Virus record (IMG/VR): IMGVR_UViG_3300033412_000033
Coordinates: 1-40,945 of that record
DNA length: 40,945 bases
Source: a virus
Lineage: Duplodnaviria > Caudoviricetes
Strand: one strand, 5' to 3'
The position numbers were made by a program, and so were the translations under genes. Positions 23,886 through 32,444 of the stretch are shown piece by piece (positions within the stretch are counted from its first letter, which is position 1; each line of letters starts with the position of its first letter). The notes below the pieces were generated by a model that made no database searches, was not told where the DNA came from, and saw only the letters and a program-made list of their open reading frames with translations.

Positions 23886-24581
23886 ATGAACGAAGCACTT
23901 CTAGATAAGATAGCGGCGCTTCTAGCGCTCGCGGAAAAGAATAACAACGTCCACGAGGCAGCGACCGCGGCCGCTATGGCCCAGTCCCTCTTGACGAAAC
24001 ATCGCCTCACCCTGGAAGACATCGAGGCAACGCGCGAAGAAAAGATAGACGAGCAGGAGCCGCTATGGTTCGCAGAGCGTCTGATCTTCTGGAAAGGCGT
24101 CTTAGCAGAGGGAGTCTCAAGCGCTAACGGCTGCAAAGTTTTCTGGAATAAGTCCTACGGAAAGATGACAACCATCGGACGTCTGTCCGAAGTTCAGATT
24201 GTACGTTACTTTTACTGTTACCTGGAACGTGAGATAGAGCGGCTATGCAAACTTGCGCAAGTCGAAAACATCGATTCGGACGAGCCTCCGCTTCGTGGCA
24301 AGACGGAAACGAATAGTTTCAAGATGGGTGCCGCAAGCGAAGTAGTCCGCCGACTCAAAGCTTCCAACGAAGAGCAGATGCGCGCAGCGGACAACCAGTC
24401 GCGAGCGATCGTCCTGCAAAAGGACGCGGAGCTCAAAGTTTTCCTCGAGAAGTACAGTCTTAGCCGGCATAGCGGAGGACGTATCGGCGACCGCGACGCC
24501 TATGTGCGTGGAAAAGAAGCCGGCGGTAGCATCGCTTTGAACAAGGGACTAGACGGCCGACCGATAAAGATGCTAAGGTGA
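23886..24581 (+). CDS. DUF2786-domain protein
   Basis: LLDKIAALLALAE..NVHEAATAAAMAQSLLTKHRL; later SFKMG and AYVRGKEAG. Confidence 0.8.
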   Translation: MNEALLDKIAALLALAEKNNNVHEAATAAAMAQSLLTKHRLTLEDIEATREEKIDEQEPLWFAERLIFWKGVLAEGVSSANGCKVFWNKSYGKMTTIGRLSEVQIVRYFYCYLEREIERLCKLAQVENIDSDEPPLRGKTETNSFKMGAASEVVRRLKASNEEQMRAADNQSRAIVLQKDAELKVFLEKYSLSRHSGGRIGDRDAYVRGKEAGGSIALNKGLDGRPIKMLR

Positions 24582-24584
24582 GAT

Positions 24585-24761
24585 ATGACAGATATTAAAG
24601 GATATCGAGAGATAAGGCAAGTAACCCCAGCCTATATCCAACAGGTCGGGGACGCTTGGAACGACTTTTTTGATGCGCTAGCGGATCTGTGCCAGGTCCT
24701 CTACTGGGCGCATGATCCACAGGTAGTAATGCAGATAATCCCACCAGGAGGTTGGAACTGA
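24585..24761 (+). CDS. 58-aa hypothetical (not in ORF track)
   Basis: AAGGTGA SD; TGATG overlap with the next gene. Confidence 0.45.
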   Translation: MTDIKGYREIRQVTPAYIQQVGDAWNDFFDALADLCQVLYWAHDPQVVMQIIPPGGWN

Positions 24762-25177
24762 TGTCCGAGGAACTGTGCCGTTATTGCGGTAATACGTACG
24801 AGCAGCATAACGAAGACGACGCGCCTGATGCACGGATGATGTGTTTAGGAAAGAAAAAAGGATTTAGACCCAGAAAAAGCGTAATAGAGTTAGGCAAAGA
24901 TCCGAATAAGCAGGAGCGTGCTCGAATCATGAAAGCACGTCACGCGCGAACACGAGAGACGGAGATCCTAGATGCTCGTTTCTGTGTTGCCACGCAGATT
25001 AGAAAACTTACTTGTGTGCTCGCGGATTTGAACATGCTTCTAGATCCTGCCTGGCCTCAAGATTGGAATCACGGTCTGGCGCAAGCAAAAGCACATTGCG
25101 AACAAGCACTAGTTATGCTAATCTCAGCTGAGACTCAATACGGAGACCTCGTGCCATGTCCGAAGAATACCACGTAA
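24761..25177 (+). CDS. Hypothetical with CxxC...H...C motif
   Basis: GGAGGT SD before ATG 24761. Confidence 0.55.
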   Translation: MSEELCRYCGNTYEQHNEDDAPDARMMCLGKKKGFRPRKSVIELGKDPNKQERARIMKARHARTRETEILDARFCVATQIRKLTCVLADLNMLLDPAWPQDWNHGLAQAKAHCEQALVMLISAETQYGDLVPCPKNTT

Positions 25178-25662
25178 TCAATACCGAACGACCCGAAACT
25201 AAGGGGTTTTGGGTTAAAACGCCAGGTCGTATTATCAACGCAAAGCCTTATTCCGTCTGCCTCGTCGAACCACCGCGCCCAGCGCTAGAACCGGTCAAGC
25301 AGGTTCTCAAGCGCATTGGGTACTTCGCAGCCGTTCTTTGCCTAACGGCTTGCGGCTCAAACCCGTTTGCCGGCGAAGAGCACATCTGGTCGGGCGTGAC
25401 GGACGATCCGCGCTACGAGCAGCAGGCGCCGTCCGAGAGCTGCTCGGAGGACACCCTTCCGCCCGAGGTGATCCATGAACCGGTATGGCCGGACTATCCG
25501 CGATGCCCGTCGACAGGTTCATTAGGCGTCTGCCTCGGTCAGGATTGCGAGCGCAATGGGATGCACACAGGAGCGTATATCTGCAATCTAGAAGAAACGG
25601 ATTGCATGGCCGTCTGCGTGGACTACGGAGATCCATGCAAAGGACTGGACACAGGGAAATAA
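25156..25662 (+). CDS. Cys-rich membrane/lipoprotein-like protein
   Basis: Internal AAVLCLTAC-GS lipobox-like segment; multi-Cys C-terminus. Confidence 0.55.
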   Translation: MSEEYHVINTERPETKGFWVKTPGRIINAKPYSVCLVEPPRPALEPVKQVLKRIGYFAAVLCLTACGSNPFAGEEHIWSGVTDDPRYEQQAPSESCSEDTLPPEVIHEPVWPDYPRCPSTGSLGVCLGQDCERNGMHTGAYICNLEETDCMAVCVDYGDPCKGLDTGK

Positions 25663-25664
25663 AC

Positions 25665-25889
25665 GTGAGCCGACAGAAACGAAGATTTAAGGTACGTGAG
25701 ATCTCGGGGTACACGCACCCCATGGTCGGCCGCCTTGTTAGGGGTATGGTTGAAGGAAACGCAGTCGCGGCAGGACATCCCAAGTTCAATACCGCCGTTC
25801 GAATCGTCAAAGTCATCGAAAAGTGCTTGACGGAGCTAGCACGAAACGTTAAGGTTCATGAGTCAGCCGCAGATGCGGCCCAAACTTGA
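25665..25889 (+). CDS. Hypothetical basic protein (GTG start)
   Basis: Fills the gap after the 25662 stop. Confidence 0.45.
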   Translation: MSRQKRRFKVREISGYTHPMVGRLVRGMVEGNAVAAGHPKFNTAVRIVKVIEKCLTELARNVKVHESAADAAQT

Positions 25890-25903
25890 AGGTAAATAGA
25901 AAA

Positions 25904-26290
25904 ATGGCACAGGCAAAGATCAAGATTCCGACTAAGACGAACCCCGTTAGCTCCGCGCCGGCTCAGGCTGGAAGCGATGCAGCGCCGGAGAGCGGGCCTC
26001 AGGCCGCGCCGGCTCCTGAGGCACCGGCTCCTGAGGCACTGAAGCCACTTAGCAAGGAAGAGAAGCGCGCTCTGTTCGACAAGGCGTTCGCTTATGATGA
26101 GACGGTCGCTGCGCTGGAAAAGCAGATCGAGCAGGTCAAGGCCGAGAAGAGCATCGCGGTCGAAGCCGTGAAGAACGCATGCGGCAAGGGGCCGTTCCAG
26201 TATCGTGGTCGCGAGATTACGATTAGCTCGCGTGAAGGAACCTTCTTCTTCAAGGACTACGGCAAGCGTGACCTTGAAACGGTTGACTGA
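25904..26290 (+). CDS. Hypothetical with Ala/Pro-rich N-terminus and coiled coil
   Basis: Upstream TTGACG-17-TAAGGT promoter-like element; 15-bp tandem repeat encoding PAPEA. Confidence 0.65.
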   Translation: MAQAKIKIPTKTNPVSSAPAQAGSDAAPESGPQAAPAPEAPAPEALKPLSKEEKRALFDKAFAYDETVAALEKQIEQVKAEKSIAVEAVKNACGKGPFQYRGREITISSREGTFFFKDYGKRDLETVD

Positions 26291-26585
26291 GCGAAGTTCG
26301 CAATGCTGGTGCGGAGGGTCAACGCATCAGCATGAAGCAGACGCCAGGAAGATCGAAGAGAGACTAAGTAAGAGACCTGAAAAAACTAGACCTAAGCTCG
26401 AAGTAATAGATGACGAGCCGATAAGAAAACCTCTCTTCGATAACAGCGAATTCGCAGCGTTCGCTAAAGACGATGAGTAAGTAGAAGACTTGGACCCGTA
26501 GCTAGCAAGCGGGTACAGGCCCCTCCTAAGATGCGTAGAGAAAACTACGGCAAACCATCTTAGGAGGGGATTTGATTGTAAGTAG

Positions 26586-26619
26586 AAGCCCGGGCAGCCG
26601 TCCGGGCTTTCGCTTTTTT
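26586..26619 (+). terminator. Intrinsic terminator
   Basis: AAGCCCGGGC-agcc-GTCCGGGCTT followed by a T-rich tail. Confidence 0.75.
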
Positions 26620-26757
26620 CACTCCCCTCTGTTCAGGGTTTGCCGGCCGCTCGGGGCAAAAGTCATCAATTGTTTCGCGTATGTGGCAAATTTGACTTGA
26701 CAAAAAAGCTTGCGTTCCTGCTCCAAAGAGATAATGTAGGCAGCGGAGGCAACGAAA

Positions 26758-26946
26758 ATGGTGACGACGAACAGACCAACTAAAGACAAGCTTCAGGACG
26801 TAGTTCTTACTTTGGCCCAGCTGGATACCGGAGAAAGAGACCCTAGAAAACTTTACCTAAAAGCCAAAGCCGTCGAGGCCGTTACACAATGGCTGCGATG
26901 CGAGCGCGGAGCAGAAATTCAGTATACGAGGCTTGCGCCAACGTGA
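26758..26946 (+). CDS. Hypothetical protein
   Basis: GGAGG SD; flanked by a promoter-like sequence and hairpins. Confidence 0.6.
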   Translation: MVTTNRPTKDKLQDVVLTLAQLDTGERDPRKLYLKAKAVEAVTQWLRCERGAEIQYTRLAPT

Positions 26947-27092
26947 GGCTTTAGGTACAACGTGAGGCTAGTTGCCTCGCGAATTTCGACGGCCCGTTAC
27001 CATGGTGGTTGCGGGCCGTCGATTTTGGTGCTACCTTTAGGTCTTCTGGGGACTCGTGCTTGGGTCCTCCTCATGAAGGTGCTCCAAGGGTG

Positions 27093-27127
27093 CGGGGCCC
27101 CCAGGAAACTGGGGGCCTCGTTTTTTT
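27093..27127 (+). terminator. Intrinsic terminator
   Basis: CGGGGCCCCCAG-GAAA-CTGGGGGCCTCG-T7. Confidence 0.85.
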
Positions 27128-27152
27128 CCGGCCTGCGTGCTAGCCTTTGCGG

Positions 27153-27641
27153 ATGTTCAGCAAAGACACGCTTCACGCTTGGTCTGTAATCCTTTTGGCG
27201 TCTGTTGCGGCCGGTGTGGCAGCTGCGGTGCCTGTTTTCCCACAGTACTCGGCTCTGCTAGTACCTCTTGCAGCCGCGCTTGCTACCGCAGCTGGCAAGG
27301 TGACGCAGATGGCACGCAACGCACCTCCGCCCGAAGGCAAGGATAGTGGAACGACTCCGCCGGCAGTCGCAGGCATCATCCTTATCTGTTTGGGTTTGGG
27401 TGGATGTGCTTCGCTTGGGCATTTTACGAATCCGACGCTAGAAGACATCGCTTCGCAGTACTGTGATAATTACAGACAAGATCATATGGCTGATCTTCAG
27501 GACCAAGCCAAGCAGGCGGGCCTGAGCTTGGATGATGTGCTGCACGCTTTTGATATTTCGTGTCTTATCCGAGTTAAGCAAGCAGGTCCGGCGGGTATGG
27601 GCGCTGTTCAGCTTAAGGTCATGGGAGAGCTTCAAAAGTGA
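27153..27641 (+). CDS. Holin-like membrane protein fused to a lipobox-like segment
   Basis: Two hydrophobic helices, a linker, then GIILICLGLGGC; TAGCCT-6-ATG start. Confidence 0.55.
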   Translation: MFSKDTLHAWSVILLASVAAGVAAAVPVFPQYSALLVPLAAALATAAGKVTQMARNAPPPEGKDSGTTPPAVAGIILICLGLGGCASLGHFTNPTLEDIASQYCDNYRQDHMADLQDQAKQAGLSLDDVLHAFDISCLIRVKQAGPAGMGAVQLKVMGELQK

Positions 27642-27967
27642 CCGCAACGCATAATGATTTTGCGAAAGCAAATATCATCAACCTGAACGGCAAACAAGTT
27701 ACATATGATCCTAGGACGAGCCGACACGTCGTTTTCTCAGAGAACGGCAAACTAGTCGCCCGTCCCGTCTTGCAGCTAAGACAAGGCAAGTACGCAGCGT
27801 TTGTAGCCGAGCAACTGAGAGACGCTGCGCGTATTGAGAAGCCAGAAGATACGACTTTTGCAAAACTAGATATCGATCCTTCTTACTCTTGGAAACAGGA
27901 GCCGGGAGACCTCCTTGAGGATATTAGGGAAGGCATGCGCATCGCGCGTGAGCAGGCGCAGCTATGA
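27638..27967 (+). CDS. Hypothetical protein
   Basis: GTGA/ATGA overlaps on both sides. Confidence 0.6.
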   Translation: MTATHNDFAKANIINLNGKQVTYDPRTSRHVVFSENGKLVARPVLQLRQGKYAAFVAEQLRDAARIEKPEDTTFAKLDIDPSYSWKQEPGDLLEDIREGMRIAREQAQL

Positions 27968-28686
27968 GACGCTACGGACGTTTTCCTGACCTTCAGGATA
28001 TCAGAGATCTCTTCTTCGCTGTGCACCCTGTTGCCGCTGCTCCTGCTCTTCCGAGCGCGAGTATCGAAGACAGCAGAGTCCAAGCGAAGGACCAAGGCAA
28101 TACGAACGGCTGCGTAGGCTGTTCTGTTGCACAGAATCTTAGACTTGTGATGCTTAAGCTAGGGCTGAATTGTCCTGAGCTAAGTAACATGGCTATTTAT
28201 CGTGTCGCTCGTAACCTCGACGGCGCGAAGAACGAAGATCTAGGAACCTATCTTAGGAGCGGTGTTCGTGCCGTGCAGAAGGTTGGTGTTCCTCCTGAAC
28301 AATACTGGCCGCAAGACGAAAGCAAAGTAAATGCGCAAGTTCCTTTCGGAGCCGCTCATGCGGGTTTTGATGCTTCTGGTCTACGGCACTATTATCGTGT
28401 CACTTCTGTCGATGAAGTCAAACGTGCTCTCAGCGCTGGTTTTGGTGTTGTTGGTGGTTGGGATATCTACTCCAATTTTGAAGATTGGAATGGACAAGGG
28501 CTAACACCAAACACCGGTAAACTTATGGGCGGGCATGCGTTGCCCATCGTAAGCTACGATACGGATGATACGTTCCGTATCTTGAATTCTTGGGGCACAG
28601 GTTGGGGTCAGCATGGTTATGCGCATGTGACCTCGGAATTCATCGATAGCGGCTCAGACCTTTGGGCTTTGGACATCACACCATGA
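27964..28686 (+). CDS. Papain-like C1 cysteine peptidase
   Basis: KDQGNTNGCVG (Gln, Cys), GGHA (His), ILNSWGTGWGQHGY (Asn). Confidence 0.9.
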   Translation: MRRYGRFPDLQDIRDLFFAVHPVAAAPALPSASIEDSRVQAKDQGNTNGCVGCSVAQNLRLVMLKLGLNCPELSNMAIYRVARNLDGAKNEDLGTYLRSGVRAVQKVGVPPEQYWPQDESKVNAQVPFGAAHAGFDASGLRHYYRVTSVDEVKRALSAGFGVVGGWDIYSNFEDWNGQGLTPNTGKLMGGHALPIVSYDTDDTFRILNSWGTGWGQHGYAHVTSEFIDSGSDLWALDITP

Positions 28687-28877
28687 ACGAGCCGATCCTA
28701 CAGTTTTTTGTTTATGAACATTTGCCAGAACCCTTGCAGAAAGTGAGCAAGCCTTTTTCTGAGCTTGCACACTCTTTGATGGTCCTGCCGCGTAATCCCG
28801 AGCGTACGGTCGCTTTGCGTAAGCTGCTCGAAGCAAAAGACGCAGCTGTACGTTCGATGATTTATAAGGACGTCTGA
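28683..28877 (+). CDS. Conserved 64-aa helical protein, possibly Acb2/Tad1-like hairpin
   Basis: ILQFFVYEHLP..LQKVSKPF..LA..LPRNPERTVALRKLLEAKDAAVR; ATGA overlap. Confidence 0.6.
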   Translation: MNEPILQFFVYEHLPEPLQKVSKPFSELAHSLMVLPRNPERTVALRKLLEAKDAAVRSMIYKDV

Positions 28878-29198
28878 TGGCTCTCTGTGGAGAATCTAAC
28901 AGACGTATGCGCATAATCAGTTGGGATGATTGTGAAGAGCACGAAGAAATTGATATTCATTTGCTCTATGCTTTTCTGATGAAACTGACGTTAGTTGTCC
29001 GTGGTCAATGGGACGTTCTAACGGATGTTCTGAAAGCTGGTTGGTGGTATTGATACATGTTACATTTCTCAAACGGCTAGTGAACGTTCCTTTGCGTTTT
29101 ATTCAACGGCCTTTTACTGACCGTCCCTGGTTGCTTGCATCTGTTTTTGAAGGCAATATTTGGACAGGTCGTTATGTTTTCACACGGATTAAAATGAT

Positions 29199-29513
29199 AT
29201 GAAAACCTTTCTTCTCTGTCTTTTGTTAGTCGGTTGTAATGCCTGTCATTCGATCCCGACTTCTACGGATGCGGGCAAGGTGCCTTTGACGCCTCCTCCA
29301 GACGCGGCTGACGCGGGCGTGGCGCTCGATGCGTGCGCTCTGGGGTGCCGTCATCTGCGCGCGCTGGGATGCCCGGACGGCGCGCATACGCCGGGCGGGG
29401 CGACCTGCGAAACGGTGTGCCGCGCGTCTTTGCCGCCCACTGGTGGCGTTGATCCGAAGTGCCTCAGGACGATAAAGACGTGCGATCAGGAGTCTACATG
29501 TACCGTACACTAG
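29199..29513 (+). CDS. Cys-rich lipoprotein
   Basis: MKTFLLCLLLVGC lipobox; DAG/DAADAG linker; multiple Cys. Confidence 0.7.
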   Translation: MKTFLLCLLLVGCNACHSIPTSTDAGKVPLTPPPDAADAGVALDACALGCRHLRALGCPDGAHTPGGATCETVCRASLPPTGGVDPKCLRTIKTCDQESTCTVH

Positions 29514-29806
29514 GAATCATTTCCTGCATTCTTTGCCTTACTTCTTGTGCAATGATGAGAGAAGGCAATGAAGCGACCACTCCTAAGACCGGACCTGGAA
29601 CAGAATATCCGTGCGGCGTTTATGGCGTTGTATGCACGGATACCGCAGCACAATTGACGCCAGATCAACGTTGTTGCTGGGTTCATTCGATCTGCAAAAT
29701 GGACGATGAGGGGCCGTACTGTGAAGCAGACGCTTCTTACGATCCTAGCGATCCAACTATGATGGCCAAGCGACGACGCTTGAGTCGCTTTCGCCATGTT
29801 CCTTGA
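29498..29806 (+). CDS. Cys-rich lipoprotein (start ATG 29498)
   Basis: AGGAG SD; MYRTLGIISCILCLTSC lipobox. Confidence 0.65.
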   Translation: MYRTLGIISCILCLTSCAMMREGNEATTPKTGPGTEYPCGVYGVVCTDTAAQLTPDQRCCWVHSICKMDDEGPYCEADASYDPSDPTMMAKRRRLSRFRHVP

Positions 29807-29830
29807 TTTCCTCTTAGTCTTAGGTGCAAT

Positions 29831-30085
29831 ATGGATCGAAACGAAGATACAAGAGAAGACCTCTCGGTTGAAACAAGGCTCAAAAAGATTGAAGACGGTC
29901 TTGCAGAACTTGCACGAAATCACTTAAGTATGAAGCAATTTTGTAAATTGCTCGAACAAGACAACAGCATGGCATTGCATAGTGTGCATGCGTTAGCGGA
30001 GATAAGAGAGATAAAATTGAGACTCGGTGCTTACATCGAGCAACGCGGCGAACTTCTTAAGACGTTCGATATATTGAAAGGCTGA
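29831..30085 (+). CDS. Coiled-coil hypothetical protein
   Basis: AGGTG SD; directly precedes the endolysin. Confidence 0.55.
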   Translation: MDRNEDTREDLSVETRLKKIEDGLAELARNHLSMKQFCKLLEQDNSMALHSVHALAEIREIKLRLGAYIEQRGELLKTFDILKG

Positions 30086-30087
30086 AT

Positions 30088-30783
30088 ATGTACGGCATCG
30101 ATGTTTCTCATTACCAAAGCCCCGAAAGTACTCCTTACGCGCAATGCGATTTCGTAATCGTCAAAGCGTCTGAAGGAGGAACAATCGACAGTTCCGCCTA
30201 TAAGCATGTTGAGAATGTTCGCAAACACAGTAAGATACTAGGTCTTTATCATTTCTATCGTCGTGACCAAGATTTTGCAGCGCAAGCGCGAACATTCTTG
30301 AATGCGGCTGAGGCTCTGCGGCTAGGGCCTGGAGACCTTTTTCCTTGTTTGGATCTTGAACAGCATAAGGGGTTGCTTCCAAATAACGGTTGGAATCATC
30401 CGGCAGAGGCTATTGCACAAGTATTCGAAGAGAGGTTCGGAGGTTGCATCGTTTATTGCAACATGAGGGACTTCCATCTGCTAGGTTCACCTAAGTGGAT
30501 TCTTGATCGTCCGCTATGGCATGCACAGTGGCCGTTGCATCAAGACGATTTTAGCGCTCCTAAGGACCCTGTACTTTGGCAACATCGAGTAGGGCCGTTT
30601 GAATATGAGGGGTCGTGCGGCCGTTTCAAGCCCGAGAGCTTTGACCAGAGTCACATGCTGCTCGAAGACCCGACAGAGATCACGATTCAGGGCGAAGATG
30701 AAGAGCCGGAGAAAGTCAAGAATCTTGTTGCAGCTACAGAAGCGCAGGAAATAAGAGAAAAGCTCGAAGACAAAAAAGCTTGA
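30088..30783 (+). CDS. Endolysin, GH25 muramidase
   Basis: YGIDVSHYQ, FVIVKASEG, GLYHF, LDLE, PLWHAQW, LWQH. Confidence 0.9.
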   Translation: MYGIDVSHYQSPESTPYAQCDFVIVKASEGGTIDSSAYKHVENVRKHSKILGLYHFYRRDQDFAAQARTFLNAAEALRLGPGDLFPCLDLEQHKGLLPNNGWNHPAEAIAQVFEERFGGCIVYCNMRDFHLLGSPKWILDRPLWHAQWPLHQDDFSAPKDPVLWQHRVGPFEYEGSCGRFKPESFDQSHMLLEDPTEITIQGEDEEPEKVKNLVAATEAQEIREKLEDKKA

Positions 30784-30873
30784 CATCTTCTCGCGGCATG
30801 GTAAGCTGCAAACGATGCGTTAGGGAATGTGACTCACTCCGGTGACCCGTAATTCCCTAACGCATTGTTTTTT
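30780..30873 (+). ncRNA. Promoter immediately followed by a strong terminator hairpin (candidate ~60-nt sRNA or attenuator; also terminates the lysis cassette)
   Basis: TTGACA-16-TAAGCT (30780-30807); 14-bp perfect stem 30815-30828/30852-30865; T-tract. Confidence 0.55.
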
Positions 30874-30883
30874 GGAGCCCTTC

Positions 30884-31036
30884 ATGATTTCAGAAACAAC
30901 GCTTAGAAAAGCAGACCCGAGCGCCGTTCTTCGATTAGCTCTGTTTTTGGGACTAAAGCCTGCGAAGTATGATGACGTGTGTCTTTGGGCATCTCTAGCT
31001 ATCTGCCAAAGAGGCCCCGATGCTCCGCAGCGCTAA
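30884..31036 (+). CDS. Hypothetical protein
   Basis: GGAG SD before ATG 30884. Confidence 0.45.
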   Translation: MISETTLRKADPSAVLRLALFLGLKPAKYDDVCLWASLAICQRGPDAPQR

Positions 31037-31262
31037 TTTTGCAATCTACGCCGTTCAGTACTTGGACGAGAACCAAGAGGAATGGCAAATCGGAGAGACT
31101 GAAGACGGTACACTTCTCGTCTCAATCGATGAAAACGAAGCACGTGAAGTAATGAAGGCAGCGCAAGAAGCCGCGCCAGAAGTTCGTTGGCGTGTGACGA
31201 AATACTGCGCTTCTGGATATAGTGAGGAGATGAGCACCTATGGACGAGTTGAGCAAGACTAA
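31020..31262 (+). CDS. Acidic hypothetical protein
   Basis: GAGG SD; overlapping gene chain. Confidence 0.55.
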   Translation: MLRSANFAIYAVQYLDENQEEWQIGETEDGTLLVSIDENEAREVMKAAQEAAPEVRWRVTKYCASGYSEEMSTYGRVEQD

Positions 31263-31503
31263 TTGGAAATGCGACTGGAGTATCTCTGGAGAAGACGCGC
31301 ATGAGTATTGGAAAGAGTACGGCAATCCGGGAGTCGAGCAGCCGCCTATGCTCGAACCGGAGCTTGCAGAAGAGATTACCATCGCTTTGATGTTTCTTCA
31401 TTGTGCGTTGACGCAACTCAACGTAGACGAAGGAACTTCTTTTAATATAAGAGAAGCTTTTTACAATTTTGGTAGAGCTGCTGACTTATTGGAGCTTCGA
31501 TGA
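31240..31503 (+). CDS. Acidic hypothetical protein
   Basis: AGGAG upstream; ATGA overlap downstream. Confidence 0.55.
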   Translation: MDELSKTNWKCDWSISGEDAHEYWKEYGNPGVEQPPMLEPELAEEITIALMFLHCALTQLNVDEGTSFNIREAFYNFGRAADLLELR

Positions 31504-32060
31504 CCGGCATTCCTCAGCATAGCAAAAAGACCGTTGAATGGTACACGCCGCGAGAAATTGTCGAGAGTTCACGCGCCGTCATGGGCCGTATTGATCTTGA
31601 CCCGGCTTCGAATCACGTTGCCCAAGAAACGGTGAAGGCAAGCGCGGTCCTACATCAAGCGCACGATGGTCTTCAACACTCTTGGAAGGGCAACGTCTTT
31701 TTGAATCCTCCTGGAGGAGATGCTCCTAAAGGAAGCCCTACGAAGTCTAACAGCGTGCTTTGGTGGTCGAAGCTCGTACACGAGTATCGTGTCGGAAACA
31801 CCGAGCAGGCTATCTTCATTGGTTTTTCGATAGAGATTCTTCAAGCAGCGCAAGCACTGAATTGCGATCAGCCTTTGGATTTTCCGTACTGTATTCCTAG
31901 AGAACGTATTCGCTTCATCGACCATAGGACGCTTGCCCCCGCGCGCATGCCCGCGCACGCTAACGTAATCGTGTTCTTGCCTCCGAAGAAAGACATAGAA
32001 CATGCGAAGCACACTTTCCGTCGAGAGTTCTTCAAATATGGAAGGATCCAAAACGTATGA
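31500..32060 (+). CDS. Phage DNA N6-adenine methyltransferase (Dam-like)
   Basis: EWYTP, IDLDPAS, DGL..W.GNVFLNPPGG, RIRF. Confidence 0.8.
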   Translation: MTGIPQHSKKTVEWYTPREIVESSRAVMGRIDLDPASNHVAQETVKASAVLHQAHDGLQHSWKGNVFLNPPGGDAPKGSPTKSNSVLWWSKLVHEYRVGNTEQAIFIGFSIEILQAAQALNCDQPLDFPYCIPRERIRFIDHRTLAPARMPAHANVIVFLPPKKDIEHAKHTFRREFFKYGRIQNV

Positions 32061-32215
32061 AGGGCTGCGTAGCAAAGATTAAATATATCCCTCTGATAGA
32101 AGGACAGAAGCGTGGCGAACGTTGCACTCGTCAGGTTTATAAAGACAATTTGTGTTGGACGCACTATAAAAGAAAACAGAAAGAAGACGAAGATGCGGAT
32201 CGTCCGATGTACTAG
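32057..32215 (+). CDS. 52-aa C-C-C-H zinc-finger-like protein (not in ORF track)
   Basis: MKGCVAK..GERCTRQVYKDNLCWTH; ATGA overlap. Confidence 0.5.
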   Translation: MKGCVAKIKYIPLIEGQKRGERCTRQVYKDNLCWTHYKRKQKEDEDADRPMY

Positions 32216-32444
32216 ATGTAAGCTTCCGTTCGCTCCGCACGGACCTTTTCAGGTTTGCGATGTGTGCCTGGGAATTGATAAAGTCTATCCGAAAAAGCGG
32301 CACGTTCCGACCAACGAGGAATGGGCGCGCGGCCCTCGTAAAGCTTTTCCCGGTCCTCTTTTGCCTGGCGGAATTGTTCGCTTTGTGCTGGACTTAGGAC
32401 GATGCGCATACCGTCTCGCGCGGAAATTGATGTCGAAAAGATAA
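32193..32444 (+). CDS. CxxC..CxxC small protein
   Basis: MRIVRCTRCK..VCDVC. Confidence 0.5.
   Translation: MRIVRCTRCKLPFAPHGPFQVCDVCLGIDKVYPKKRHVPTNEEWARGPRKAFPGPLLPGGIVRFVLDLGRCAYRLARKLMSKR

Noticed and set aside
26549-26580. c-di-GMP-I riboswitch (GGCAAACCAT)
   Set aside because: Lacks the GAAA tetraloop, GCAAAG junction and second stem; the bases are used in another helix.
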